Below, in pieces: positions 19,163 to 28,424 of a stretch of 64,000 nt of DNA; position 1 is the stretch's first letter; each line of letters begins with the position of its first letter. Origin of the DNA: Planctomycetota bacterium. Lineage in GTDB: Bacteria; Planctomycetota; PLA2; JAEUHO01. Under the pieces are notes generated by a model that was not told the DNA's origin, searched no databases, and worked only from the letters and a program-made list of their open reading frames with translations. The stretch covers positions 160,001 to 224,000 of the forward strand of contig CBDCTJ010000007.1 of NCBI GenBank assembly GCA_965222115.1. The letters run 5' to 3'. Both the position numbers and the translations under genes were made by a program.

Positions 19163-21957
19163 GGCATTCCTCCAGACAAGCGAAACGGCAATAGCCGCGC
19201 CGCCGTACGTTGATCATCCGCAACCATCGATAGTGCGTGCCCAAACGCACCCGGCACGTCCATTGTACCGGGCTCTGCATCGTCAAATTGTGCCGTACCC
19301 AGGCGGGCATAAAGCGCGGCCATAAGATCGGCGGTACTTTCATCATCGACGTCGCCCGAAGTCCACAGCACCCATCGAACGCCCGCTCGCAATAGTGTTC
19401 TCGGAAGCGCCCCCCAAGCCTCGGCCGCTGGCCCTGGCGGTGCGCCGGTTTGACAAGCCGCCAGACAAACGAGTTGTGTCGAGAGCCGCGCGGGCACATC
19501 GGCCGATGTAAGCCACCCATCGTGCAAGCGCACACCACCTAACGCGGGCGCGTCGGTTGATGCAACACCGTGCATAGCAAAGTGAACTGCATCTCGCTCG
19601 CCCAGCGCGCGAACGGCGGCGTCGAGCGTGGCGCCACGACCGGTGAACACATCACCATAGGCTCGCAGTGCGCGCGCTTCACGACGCGCCCCGTCGAGCC
19701 CCGCTTCACCCGCCACAATCGCCGCCAGACCACGGCCCACCTTGGTACGCGTTGAACGGGTGCGCGTTGAACGGCGCGGCAATCGCAGCGCTGGAACGCG
19801 GGCAACCGCTCGCGACGCCGCGAGGAGTCGGCCACCCACAGGCAGTAGTTCCCACGGCAAATCACCGAGCCGTTCATCGAGCACAAAGTAAAGATCTGCA
19901 CGAGGCGTGTCATGTCCCAGCGCTTCACGCCGCACGATCGGTGCGATCAATGAATCGCCAAGACGTGTCATTGCTCGCGCAAACGCACGCGCACCGGACG
20001 CCGAATCGGATACGCGTACGCGGTGGGCGTGAAACCGGAGCTCGCGTGCCGCTTTGTGGAGCGCGGGAAGCGAAATCAACGTGCCTACATCGACGATTTC
20101 GTGCTGCGTGCGCGTGAGGCAGCGCACGTCGTGACCTTGAACCCACACGTGAACATAGGTCTGATTGCCGACGGGATTACGAGTTGGCGCGTCGGTCGTA
20201 TGCGCGTGCGCGGGGCGCTTACGACGGCGTTCGTCCCGTCGCCACGATTCGGCAACAGCTTGCTCGACGGCACGAATTTCATCGATGAGTGCCATGCGTT
20301 GCGCAGGATTGAGACTGCGCGTGGATCCGCCTTGATCGGCCAGGGCGTCGTAGAGCACCGCAAGGCGTTTGCGTAATGCCGCCATGCGACCCGTTCCTGT
20401 ACGTGGCGACTTACCCGCCATAAAGCGCTTTAGCGCAAGGCCGTCAAGGATGCGCTCCGCCTCCTCACGGTCCGGTGTACGTCCGCGCTGCAACAGGGCA
20501 TCGATCAACAGCAGGTACGGATCCAGTTGCTCCAGCAAGAACTTGGTTCGGAGCCAAGGCCCCGGCAAGTCGCCACGCATGCTTTCGATTCGTGCCGTGA
20601 GCGTTCGCAGACGACGAATGGCGCGTGCGCGTTCGCCGTCCGAGAGTTCCAAACGGGCGCGCGCGGTTTCAGCGGCCACGGCGATCCATGGGTGCCCGGC
20701 CGATGCGCGTGGCAAATCGCTGAGCAGTGCGCGTGCCCGCGCGAGCTGTTGGATTTCAATCGCCACCACGATGCGCAACAGTTGCGTACGCCACACAACT
20801 TCCGATACGCCCGCCGTCTTCGCTCGCCGCCACAAGCGCGCCAAGCGACTGGCGTCGGGCAACGTTCCACTGAGCATATGAAGCTGTTCAAGCATCAGCA
20901 TGCCGCGGAGCACATACTCGGTACGCCCGAGTTCGGTGGCATCGTGAATCGCGCGCTCGAGTTGCGTTCGCGCGCGCTCAAGATCGGTATGAACGAGGCT
21001 TGCGCCTACGAGCCAGCGCGTTTCCACACTTTCCACCCGAGCATCAATGCGCTCAAATGTCTTGAGCGCTGCGCGAGCCTGCTTGACGGCGGAACCGTTG
21101 TCGCCCACGCGCCGCAACGCATCGGCCAAGTCCATCCGACACAAGGCTTCAAGACGCGCACGACCGTGTGACTTCGCGTCGGCAGCAATTTGCTCCAACG
21201 CGACGATGCCCGTGCCCGGTTCGCCCGCACGCACGCGCAGGCATGCCATGTTGTATTGCGCATGAAGTTTGCGAACCGCTTGCCCCGCGTCGCCGAACGT
21301 CTCTTCGGCATGCTCGAATCGTCGTTTCGCGCGCTGAAGGTGACCGGCATACATGAGCGCCACACCCGCATTCATCTTTGCAAGTGCCGCGGATGGCTCT
21401 TGGCCCAGGCGTCGAAATGCGCGCGCGGCCTTATCGCTTTCGTCGGCGGCTTCCTCCAAACGTCCAGCAAGTCGAAGCACGTTGGCGCGATTTGTGCGAA
21501 GAATGGCCCGATACAACGGTGCGCGTTTGCCTCGAATGCGAGACGCAGCGCGCGCGGCACAACGAAGCGCTTCGTCAATTTCGCCGGCCTGCCCCAGCGC
21601 GTCCACCGCCAACAACAGGGACTGCATCGCATGATCATGCTCGCCGTGGGCCGTGAGATCGACCTCGGCTTCCAACATGAGTTTCGATGCGTCGCTAAGC
21701 GAACCGCAGTGACGCAGTGCCATGCCACGCATCAATCGAAGACGGGCAACACCCAATGCATCGTGATTGCGTCGTGAGGCGACTTCCAGCGCATGCACGG
21801 CGCGCTCGCCCTGCTGCGGTTCACGTAACAAGATCTCACTAAAACGCTTGCGCAGTTCGGGCCACGGTACACCACGCTCTACAATTGCGCGCGCGAGCGA
21901 AGCGCGGTCAGCGGCGCTCGCTTTGAGGAGTCGATCGATTGTGGACACCGCCGTCAT
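19159..21957 (-). CDS. TPR-repeat + CHAT (caspase-like) domain protease
   Basis: Long TPR-like helical array; C-terminal LPWELL, VHFAMHG (His) and LAACQTG (Cys), L-DGWL, LLRAG..VL.T..DVDD. Confidence 0.9.
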   Translation of the reverse strand: MTAVSTIDRLLKASAADRASLARAIVERGVPWPELRKRFSEILLREPQQGERAVHALEVASRRNHDALGVARLRLMRGMALRHCGSLSDASKLMLEAEVDLTAHGEHDHAMQSLLLAVDALGQAGEIDEALRCAARAASRIRGKRAPLYRAILRTNRANVLRLAGRLEEAADESDKAARAFRRLGQEPSAALAKMNAGVALMYAGHLQRAKRRFEHAEETFGDAGQAVRKLHAQYNMACLRVRAGEPGTGIVALEQIAADAKSHGRARLEALCRMDLADALRRVGDNGSAVKQARAALKTFERIDARVESVETRWLVGASLVHTDLERARTQLERAIHDATELGRTEYVLRGMLMLEQLHMLSGTLPDASRLARLWRRAKTAGVSEVVWRTQLLRIVVAIEIQQLARARALLSDLPRASAGHPWIAVAAETARARLELSDGERARAIRRLRTLTARIESMRGDLPGPWLRTKFLLEQLDPYLLLIDALLQRGRTPDREEAERILDGLALKRFMAGKSPRTGTGRMAALRKRLAVLYDALADQGGSTRSLNPAQRMALIDEIRAVEQAVAESWRRDERRRKRPAHAHTTDAPTRNPVGNQTYVHVWVQGHDVRCLTRTQHEIVDVGTLISLPALHKAARELRFHAHRVRVSDSASGARAFARAMTRLGDSLIAPIVRREALGHDTPRADLYFVLDERLGDLPWELLPVGGRLLAASRAVARVPALRLPRRSTRTRSTRTKVGRGLAAIVAGEAGLDGARREARALRAYGDVFTGRGATLDAAVRALGERDAVHFAMHGVASTDAPALGGVRLHDGWLTSADVPARLSTQLVCLAACQTGAPPGPAAEAWGALPRTLLRAGVRWVLWTSGDVDDESTADLMAALYARLGTAQFDDAEPGTMDVPGAFGHALSMVADDQRTAARLLPFRLSGGMP

Positions 21958-22565
21958 CCGGAATGAATCTCCAGCGGCGGCGTGCGCCAGGCTTCGCCAA
22001 GCTCGTCGACAACTGCGATCACCAAGGGCTCGTTGGCATCAAGTTCTATCGGTACACTTCCGGTTCCCTCATCGTCTAGCTCAACGTCGATCACTTGAGG
22101 GCCATGAAGGACACGCACCGTTTGAGTAAGTCGCTCACCTAAACTCTGTTCGCTTTCGACTTGTTCACTTTCACGTACGTCGAGGGCAAGTACGAGCGTT
22201 ACGCGGTTGCTTGACGAAGCTTCTTGAACAGCATCCGGTGTGACTTCAACATCGAGCGATCCAAGCGCGTGCTCGAAACGAAAGAGGCGTGCTAGTCCCG
22301 TGCTGCGCGCCGCGGGCGCTAGCGAACCCCACGAATCGAACACGAGTCGCGCCACCGTCTCGAAGATGCTCTCCGGTTGTTGCGCGAAGATGGCTTGGGC
22401 TTTGCGCTTGGCGCGCGAAGGGCACCGTTCATCGTTGTCGTGAGCCGCCATCAGTTCGTGGGCCAGTCCTTCTTCGATTGACAAGTCCGCACGCGCGCGT
22501 CCCGATGCGCTATGCGCCAGGAAGGCAGCGAGCAGTGAATCGATGTTGAGGTTCGGCACGATCAA
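21954..22565 (-). CDS. Hypothetical protein, putative cytoplasmic anti-sigma factor / CHAT substrate
   Basis: Lies between the ECF sigma and CHAT genes, with ATGA coupling to CHAT; ARLVFDSW...ARS...RLFRF...LDVEV segment followed by a beta-rich C-terminus. Function is inferred from context only. Confidence 0.6.
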   Translation of the reverse strand: MIVPNLNIDSLLAAFLAHSASGRARADLSIEEGLAHELMAAHDNDERCPSRAKRKAQAIFAQQPESIFETVARLVFDSWGSLAPAARSTGLARLFRFEHALGSLDVEVTPDAVQEASSSNRVTLVLALDVRESEQVESEQSLGERLTQTVRVLHGPQVIDVELDDEGTGSVPIELDANEPLVIAVVDELGEAWRTPPLEIHSG

Positions 22566-22691
22566 ACACCCTTACAACGCACGACGAAGTCCTTGGATTC
22601 GTCGCCCTTGCCTCAATTGCCTGCCGTGCCTTGCCCATGACGGGTTAGACCGACTGGCTGGTTAGACCGACCGGAGCGGGCGGGTAGCAAC

Positions 22692-23486
22692 TTAGCGCGT
22701 GGAACGAACGGACTTCATCGTGCTAGAGGCGTCTCCGCGACCGCCTGATACATTTCGCCCGGATTTTCGATCCTGGACATCTTGCTTTGAAACAGTGAGT
22801 CTTGATGCAGGATCGAGTCTTGATGCGGGCTCGTCGAAGGGGAAGTTGAGCGCCGCCAACTCCCCCACCATTTTCTCAAGGCAGCGCTTGCGGGTGGGTC
22901 CGATCGAGCCGACCGGCATACCTAACTCCACGCTGAGCGCGCGGTAGTCCTGACTCTCCCTCAAGAAGAGAGCCTCAAGGATACGCCTACACTTTGAGGC
23001 CAACGCGCGCATGGCGCGATGCACCAAATGATGCCGTTCTTCCTGCACCAAGAGGTCTTCTGGAAGCGGCGATGGGCGCCGAAGCGTGTTCTCGCTCGCC
23101 TGTTCGTCGCGTTCGCGGACCGTGCGAATGCGACGTGCTACGCGCCATGATTCACGCCGTGCCGTCATTGCGATCCACCCGCGAACGCGTTCACCGTCTC
23201 GGAGTCGCCGAAGATTTCGAAACAGACGCAGGAACACGTCTTGCACAACGTCTTCTGCCGATGCGCCATCTAGACCTGAGCGCCGTGCAATAGCATGAAT
23301 GAGATCGGCATAGCGCTCGACCAGAGCGTCCCACGCCCCTTGCTCGCGCCCTAAACAACGACGAACCAGCTCGGCATCGTCATGGCGCACGCTGGATGGA
23401 CGATCGCCAATCTTGCTGCGATTCGATTCTCTGCGCTTCGCCTTGCTGCGATTCGAGTGATAGCCGTTGGATGCAGGTGACGTCAT
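22692..23486 (-). CDS. ECF sigma-70 family RNA polymerase sigma factor
   Basis: DAELVRRC..AWDALVERY, AEDVVQDVF, GWIAMTARRES (region 2); CRRILEALF...YRALSVELGMPVGSIGPTRKRCLEKM (region 4). Confidence 0.93.
   Translation of the reverse strand: MTSPASNGYHSNRSKAKRRESNRSKIGDRPSSVRHDDAELVRRCLGREQGAWDALVERYADLIHAIARRSGLDGASAEDVVQDVFLRLFRNLRRLRDGERVRGWIAMTARRESWRVARRIRTVRERDEQASENTLRRPSPLPEDLLVQEERHHLVHRAMRALASKCRRILEALFLRESQDYRALSVELGMPVGSIGPTRKRCLEKMVGELAALNFPFDEPASRLDPASRLTVSKQDVQDRKSGRNVSGGRGDASSTMKSVRSTR
22724..22753 (-). promoter_or_regulatory. Putative ECF promoter ATGTATCAG-N14-GCCTCTA inside the 3' end of the sigma gene
   Basis: Same bipartite motif as at 23646-23674; points at the anti-sigma/CHAT/S8 operon. 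Confidence 0.6.
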
Positions 23487-23645
23487 TGCTCTCTCTTCTA
23501 TAGCGCCATTTGCACGCCTGTGGGACAGGGATTTCCAATTCATACGACGCAAACTGATACACGGCACCTCGGTCGAGGTTTCGAATCGAGAGCAACGGCC
23601 GGGAAGGCGAACCCGCGCCGAAATCGACTGCCCGCGTCACGCGCG

Positions 23646-23674
23646 ATGTATCAGTGCGCGGCGAGCGGCCTCTA
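23646..23674 (+). promoter_or_regulatory. Putative ECF promoter ATGTATCAG-N13-GCCTCTA
   Basis: Ends 36 nt before ATG 23711 (AGGAGG RBS); matches the motif at 22724-22753. Confidence 0.6.
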
Positions 23675-23710
23675 TGCAAGTGGCCAATGGTGGCCCAGGA
23701 GGTCTCCCTG

Positions 23711-25036
23711 ATGAGACAAATCACACGATGGGTCACCCTCTTGCTGCCCACCGCACTGTTGATCGGTTGCGGCGGTGGCGGTGGTGGTGCCCCCAGCGGG
23801 TTGGACGTACTGAATCAATCGGCCAGCCTCGAAGGCGTTGTACTGGATGTGGACGGCGAGTCCGCGCAAGCCGGTGGCGTAGCGTTCACAGTGGAAGAGA
23901 CGGGCGAACAGGCGCTAACAGGCGTTGACGGCGCGTTCTACTTTGACGAACTGCCAGAAGGCGAAGTCAATCTTGTGCTCGATACCGCCAATTCGCTGGC
24001 CCTAAAACCCGATTTGAGCGATGCGTCGGATGATCTCGACGATGCAGATGACGAAAAGGATGAAGAAGAGGCCGACGACGATGACTCGAGTGATGACGAA
24101 GACGAAGCGGCAGACGACAGCGAGCGCGACGATCGTCGCATTCGCATTCGTCGCGTGCGTCGCGGCGAAGTCATCATTATCTACATTCGTATTGTGAATC
24201 GTCGCATTGTTGACATTCGCATCGTTCGCCCCGCGGATGACGACGGCGACGGTTGTGAAATCCATGAGCGCGAACTCGAACTCGAGATGCGCCGCACCGA
24301 TGCCAACACCGATCCCGACATGGAAGGCGAAGTGGAACTCTCCATTGAGTCCAACTGCGATCAGGAGTTTGAAGTCGAAGTTGAAGATGCCACCGTCGGT
24401 GACATTCTCGAGGCCGTCGTCATCAATCCCGAAGACGAAGAAGAGTCATTGGGCTTCCGCGTCGTAGAACTCGATGGCGACGCCGAATGGAAGATCGACA
24501 CCGGCGACGGACAAGCCCTGCCGTTCGGTAAAACACGTATCACTGGGCTCGGTCGGCACCGGGTTGTGGTTCGAGATGCCGAAGGCGTGGATCTCCTGCG
24601 CACGCGCATTCCTCCCTTTGGTGACGGCGATCCCAACTGCTTCTTCCTCTACGGCCGCAATCGCTTGATTCCGCAGGTCGATGACGTTGCCGGTTGGGTT
24701 GGCATCGCCGCCCGCGGGTGCGTACCCAACGATCGCGACCGTCTTGTGCAGCAGCTCTTCCGGGTGTATGGCGAAGGCCTTATCCCTGGGCGCGCCTACA
24801 ACATCTTCCTGGAAGATCCGGATGATCCCGGCACGTTGGTGGAGATTCGTTCGATGACCGCCAATCGCGATGGCGAAGTGGACTTGGCCTACAACACGGC
24901 TGAAGGTGACCGACTTCCGCTTGGCGCAGGCACCATTCGCGTGCTTGTGGGCAAGGAAGTCCAGATTCGCGCCGCGGCCACCGATCGCGTCATCCTGCGC
25001 GGCAAGGTCCCCATGCTCATGGGTGGTGATAGCTAA
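23711..25036 (+). CDS. Lipoprotein with carboxypeptidase-regulatory-like domain, acidic tract and duplicated C-terminal beta domain
   Basis: Lipobox LIG-C; EGVVLDVDG...TGVDGAFYFDELPEG; D/E tract then RRIRIRRVRR; repeated (D/N)TxxGxxLPxG domains. Confidence 0.75.
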   Translation: MRQITRWVTLLLPTALLIGCGGGGGGAPSGLDVLNQSASLEGVVLDVDGESAQAGGVAFTVEETGEQALTGVDGAFYFDELPEGEVNLVLDTANSLALKPDLSDASDDLDDADDEKDEEEADDDDSSDDEDEAADDSERDDRRIRIRRVRRGEVIIIYIRIVNRRIVDIRIVRPADDDGDGCEIHERELELEMRRTDANTDPDMEGEVELSIESNCDQEFEVEVEDATVGDILEAVVINPEDEEESLGFRVVELDGDAEWKIDTGDGQALPFGKTRITGLGRHRVVVRDAEGVDLLRTRIPPFGDGDPNCFFLYGRNRLIPQVDDVAGWVGIAARGCVPNDRDRLVQQLFRVYGEGLIPGRAYNIFLEDPDDPGTLVEIRSMTANRDGEVDLAYNTAEGDRLPLGAGTIRVLVGKEVQIRAAATDRVILRGKVPMLMGGDS

Positions 25037-25066
25037 CTCGCACTCGGCTACTTCCCCATGAACCCC

Positions 25067-25105
25067 TGCACACCGACACACCTCGTGTCGGTGTGCATCT
25101 TTTTT
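25067..25105 (+). terminator. Rho-independent terminator
   Basis: 13-bp perfect stem TGCACACCGACAC-acctc-GTGTCGGTGTGCA followed by TCTTTTTT. Confidence 0.85.
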
Positions 25106-25106
25106 G

Positions 25107-26529
25107 GAGTCTCCTGCTCTTCATGTGGGTCATGGCAACTTCGGATGGAGTTCGATGCCGCCGTTGCACAGGAACAACATAGAGATCAGCGCCTTGGCGC
25201 TGTGAAATCCGTATGCTCGTCGAGCCACCATGCGGAGCCGATTGTTGATGCCTTCCACGATGCCGTTGGTCATGCGGCAACTGATGTAGGCGATGATGCC
25301 ATCGAAGTGCTCCCGAAGCGTTTTGGCCAATCGCACGAACTGTTTGAGTTTGGATCGCGACGCCCAAGCCAGCCACTCACGAAGGGCGCGCCGAGCTCGC
25401 TTCGGTTGAAGGTAATCCAGTGCCGCACCAAGCGACTCCTTTAGGAGATAAGCGCGATACAGCTTCTTGTTCGTCCGCTCGATCTCGCTGAGCTTGGTCC
25501 GCTGCTTCGAATCGAGGTCACAGTAGTTCTTTAGGATTGCGTAACGCGAGTAGAAAATGAACCGACCTTGATCAGTGCCTCGAAGTTCTCGTAGCTGTTC
25601 GCGGCGTACTTCATCGAGTGCCACGCCTGCTAGCTTCTGGATGTGAAAGCGATCGAATACAACTTGGGCTTGAGGGATGTGTGTCGCAATGGCTTTGCGG
25701 TTCCATCCCGCCAGATCCGTCGTTACACCTTCGATCTTGGCAGCGTCCTCCGGCGATATCTCTTCGAAAAACTTGCGTAGCGTCGCTGAATCCTTCCCTT
25801 CGGCTGCCCACACCACGCGGCGACGATCGTGATCGACAACCAACGTAATGAAGTTGTGTCCGCGAAGATGGCTGAACTCATCCATGCCAATCCAGCGCAG
25901 ATTCGAGAGTCGGTCGGGATCCTGGCGTTTCGCGACGACACGCGTGACGATGGAACCAACCGTTCGCCACGTCACGCCCATTTGGACTGAGACCTGCGTC
26001 TTGTCCGTCGTTCGAACTAAGTACGCCACCATTTCCTCGAAATCCTTTGTGAATCGGCTCTGAGCCTCAGCCCACGGCACTTGCTCGGCTCGCACGCCGC
26101 AACGGGAGCAGTTCACGCGACGCGGTGAGTATCTGAACCACACTCGCGTAGAACCGATCCCCAGGTGGCGCCAAAACCTAGATCTCAGCCGATCGTAGCC
26201 CGGGGCCCTTTCCCCACACCCACTGCAACGAGGCAGGCGATGGCGCGGAGACACCGTGGCGATCACGCCACGCAGCGAAAAATCTACCGATCGGACGTAC
26301 ATCCCCGGGACATCGATCATCCGATGCAATAACGTGGTGGCGCGCATGGGGCTCCTCTGTTGATTTGTCGATTTCGTAACCAACAAAGAAACATGAGTCC
26401 CGTGGGCACCTCTAGGTTGTGACAGCCTGTTCTAACAAACATCATTTCTTTTCCTGCCGTCCGCGCCCTCTTAGGGGCGGCAGGACAAGAAATCGCAAAT
26501 GTACGACCCACACAAAGAGCAGTAGAGCC
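25107..26529 (-). mobile_element. Complete ISL3-family insertion sequence (1423 bp)
   Basis: 24-bp imperfect terminal IRs (GAGTCTCCTGCTCTTCATGTGGGT vs GGCTCTACTGCTCTTTGTGTGGGT, 19/24 match); 8-bp target duplication CTTTTTTG at 25099-25106 and 26530-26537. Confidence 0.92.
25130..26347 (-). CDS. ISL3 family transposase
   Basis: Zn finger CSGCG...CSRCG, IGMDEF, VFDRFHI, TNGIVEGINN.LR...RRAYGF. Confidence 0.95.
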   Translation of the reverse strand: MRATTLLHRMIDVPGMYVRSVDFSLRGVIATVSPRHRLPRCSGCGERAPGYDRLRSRFWRHLGIGSTRVWFRYSPRRVNCSRCGVRAEQVPWAEAQSRFTKDFEEMVAYLVRTTDKTQVSVQMGVTWRTVGSIVTRVVAKRQDPDRLSNLRWIGMDEFSHLRGHNFITLVVDHDRRRVVWAAEGKDSATLRKFFEEISPEDAAKIEGVTTDLAGWNRKAIATHIPQAQVVFDRFHIQKLAGVALDEVRREQLRELRGTDQGRFIFYSRYAILKNYCDLDSKQRTKLSEIERTNKKLYRAYLLKESLGAALDYLQPKRARRALREWLAWASRSKLKQFVRLAKTLREHFDGIIAYISCRMTNGIVEGINNRLRMVARRAYGFHSAKALISMLFLCNGGIELHPKLP

Positions 26530-26608
26530 CTTTTTTGGCTCGACGTTGATCCGACGCGAAGCGCCCGGCGCCATACGCTGGTAGCGTGACGCGTGTCGGA
26601 GAGCACGC

Positions 26609-27451
26609 ATGACCGATGTCCTTATCTTCGGCCGCGGCTGGATGGGCCACCAGCTTGCGGATCGAACCCCACAGTCCAAGCTCGTTGCCACGGACATCGC
26701 CGATGAAACGGCGGTGGCGAGCGTCCTCGATGCATACCGCCCAAACCGCGTGATTAACTGCGCAGGCAAGGCAGGCCGCCCGACCGTAGACAGTTGCGAA
26801 GACGATCCCGATGCCACCTACCGATCCAATGTGGTGGGTCCTATTGTGCTCGCGAGCGCATGCAGGCAGCGCGACATTCACTTCACACATTTGGGAAGCG
26901 GCTGTGTGTACGAGGGCGACAACGGCGGTCAGGGATACGCCGAGTCCGATCCGCCCAACTTCTTTGGAAGCCTTTATTCGCGCACGAAGATCCTTTCGGA
27001 AGCTGCGCTGCGCGATGTGGGCGCGCTACAACTTCGTATCCGCATGCCCATTTCGAGTACGCCGCATCCACGCAACCTGCTCACCAAACTCCTGGGCTAT
27101 CGCCACATCGTGAGCGTGCCCAACTCGGTGACCATTCTCGACGACTTCTGGGACGTTGCGACCGAGCTCATGACGCGTCGTGAAACCGGTGTCTGGAACG
27201 TTGTCAGTGATGGCGTGGAGTTGCATGAGACGCTGCTGACGCTGTATCGCGAAACTGTGAATCCGGAACACCGCTTTGAACTTGTGTCCGAACACACGCT
27301 TTCGGAGAGGCTCCGGGCGCGGCGCTCCAACTGTGTACTCAGCACGGCCAAACTACGCGCAGCAGGACTGGCCATGCCCTCGGTCGATGAACGGCTTCCG
27401 CAAATCGTTCGCGCCTATGGCAAACACGTTCAGCCTACTCAAGCCCGCTGA
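26609..27451 (+). CDS. NDP-4-keto-6-deoxyglucose 3,5-epimerase/4-reductase-like (NRS/ER-type, RmlD superfamily)
   Basis: [62 protein letters not shown]. Confidence 0.8.
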   Translation: MTDVLIFGRGWMGHQLADRTPQSKLVATDIADETAVASVLDAYRPNRVINCAGKAGRPTVDSCEDDPDATYRSNVVGPIVLASACRQRDIHFTHLGSGCVYEGDNGGQGYAESDPPNFFGSLYSRTKILSEAALRDVGALQLRIRMPISSTPHPRNLLTKLLGYRHIVSVPNSVTILDDFWDVATELMTRRETGVWNVVSDGVELHETLLTLYRETVNPEHRFELVSEHTLSERLRARRSNCVLSTAKLRAAGLAMPSVDERLPQIVRAYGKHVQPTQAR

Positions 27452-28308
27452 ACGAGTTGGTGAAGGTAGGCGCCGTACGACGAGCTTTGATACCGCGCCG
27501 CTTGGGCGGCAAGTTGTTCGCAATCAATCCATCCGTTTCGGAATGCAATTTCTTCCAAGCACCCAACCGATATGCGTTGCCGCTGTTCGATAGCATGTAT
27601 GAAGGAACTTGCTTGCAACATGGATTCGTGTGTACCTGTATCCATCCAAGCAATGCCACGTCCTAGCTGGGCCACCGTCAGCGTGCCTGCACCTAGGTAG
27701 GCACGATTGATGTCGGTAATCTCGAGTTCGCCTCGCGCAGACGGCGTGAGGGAGGAAGCAAGCTCAAGCACGCGATTGTCATACACGTAGAGGCCCGTGA
27801 CGGCCCATGGCGAACGCGGCTGCGAGGGCTTTTCCTCAATGGCGAGCGCACACCCCTGCGCGTCCAGGGTTACAACGCCATACCGCTCGGGATCATGCAC
27901 TTGGCAGACGAAAATGGTGGCGCCCGTCTCGCGCGCCGTGGCCGCAAGCAGATGGTCTTCGAGACCCGCACCAAAGAACAGGTTGTCGCCAAGGACAAGC
28001 GCCACGGCGTCGTTCCCGATAAACGCACGGCCGAGAACGAACGCCTGGGCAATGCCTTCGGGGCGTGGCTGCACCGCGTACGAATAGGCAACGCCAAACT
28101 GTGATCCGTCGCCCAACACGTCTTGGATACGCGGCATGTCCTTTGGGGTGCCAATCACCAAAATGTCGCGAATTCCGGCTTGTAGTAGCACACTCAGCGA
28201 GTAATAAATCAACGGCTTGTTGTAGATCGGCAAGAGTTGCTTGCAAACCGCATCGGTGACCGGCGCAAGTCGCGTCCCCGTGCCTCCCGCAAGTACAATC
28301 CCCTTCAT
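27439..28308 (-). CDS. rmlA: Glucose-1-phosphate thymidylyltransferase
   Basis: [15 protein letters not shown]...[44 protein letters not shown]. Confidence 0.96.
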   Translation of the reverse strand: MKGIVLAGGTGTRLAPVTDAVCKQLLPIYNKPLIYYSLSVLLQAGIRDILVIGTPKDMPRIQDVLGDGSQFGVAYSYAVQPRPEGIAQAFVLGRAFIGNDAVALVLGDNLFFGAGLEDHLLAATARETGATIFVCQVHDPERYGVVTLDAQGCALAIEEKPSQPRSPWAVTGLYVYDNRVLELASSLTPSARGELEITDINRAYLGAGTLTVAQLGRGIAWMDTGTHESMLQASSFIHAIEQRQRISVGCLEEIAFRNGWIDCEQLAAQAARYQSSSYGAYLHQLVQRA

Positions 28309-28424
28309 GGGAGGATGCTCCATCGACGGACTTAGATTACGCTTGAGGCGCCGAGCGGAGCCGATCCGCTGCGGGGGTCGAATGCTAACGCTAGTAGCAA
28401 TCATCAACGTGAAAGAAGCGAGCG

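Noticed and set aside
19159-23486. Type III-E CRISPR (Craspase) locus
   Set aside because: TPR-CHAT and an ECF sigma are present, but there is no Cas7-11, cas1 or repeat array in the window.
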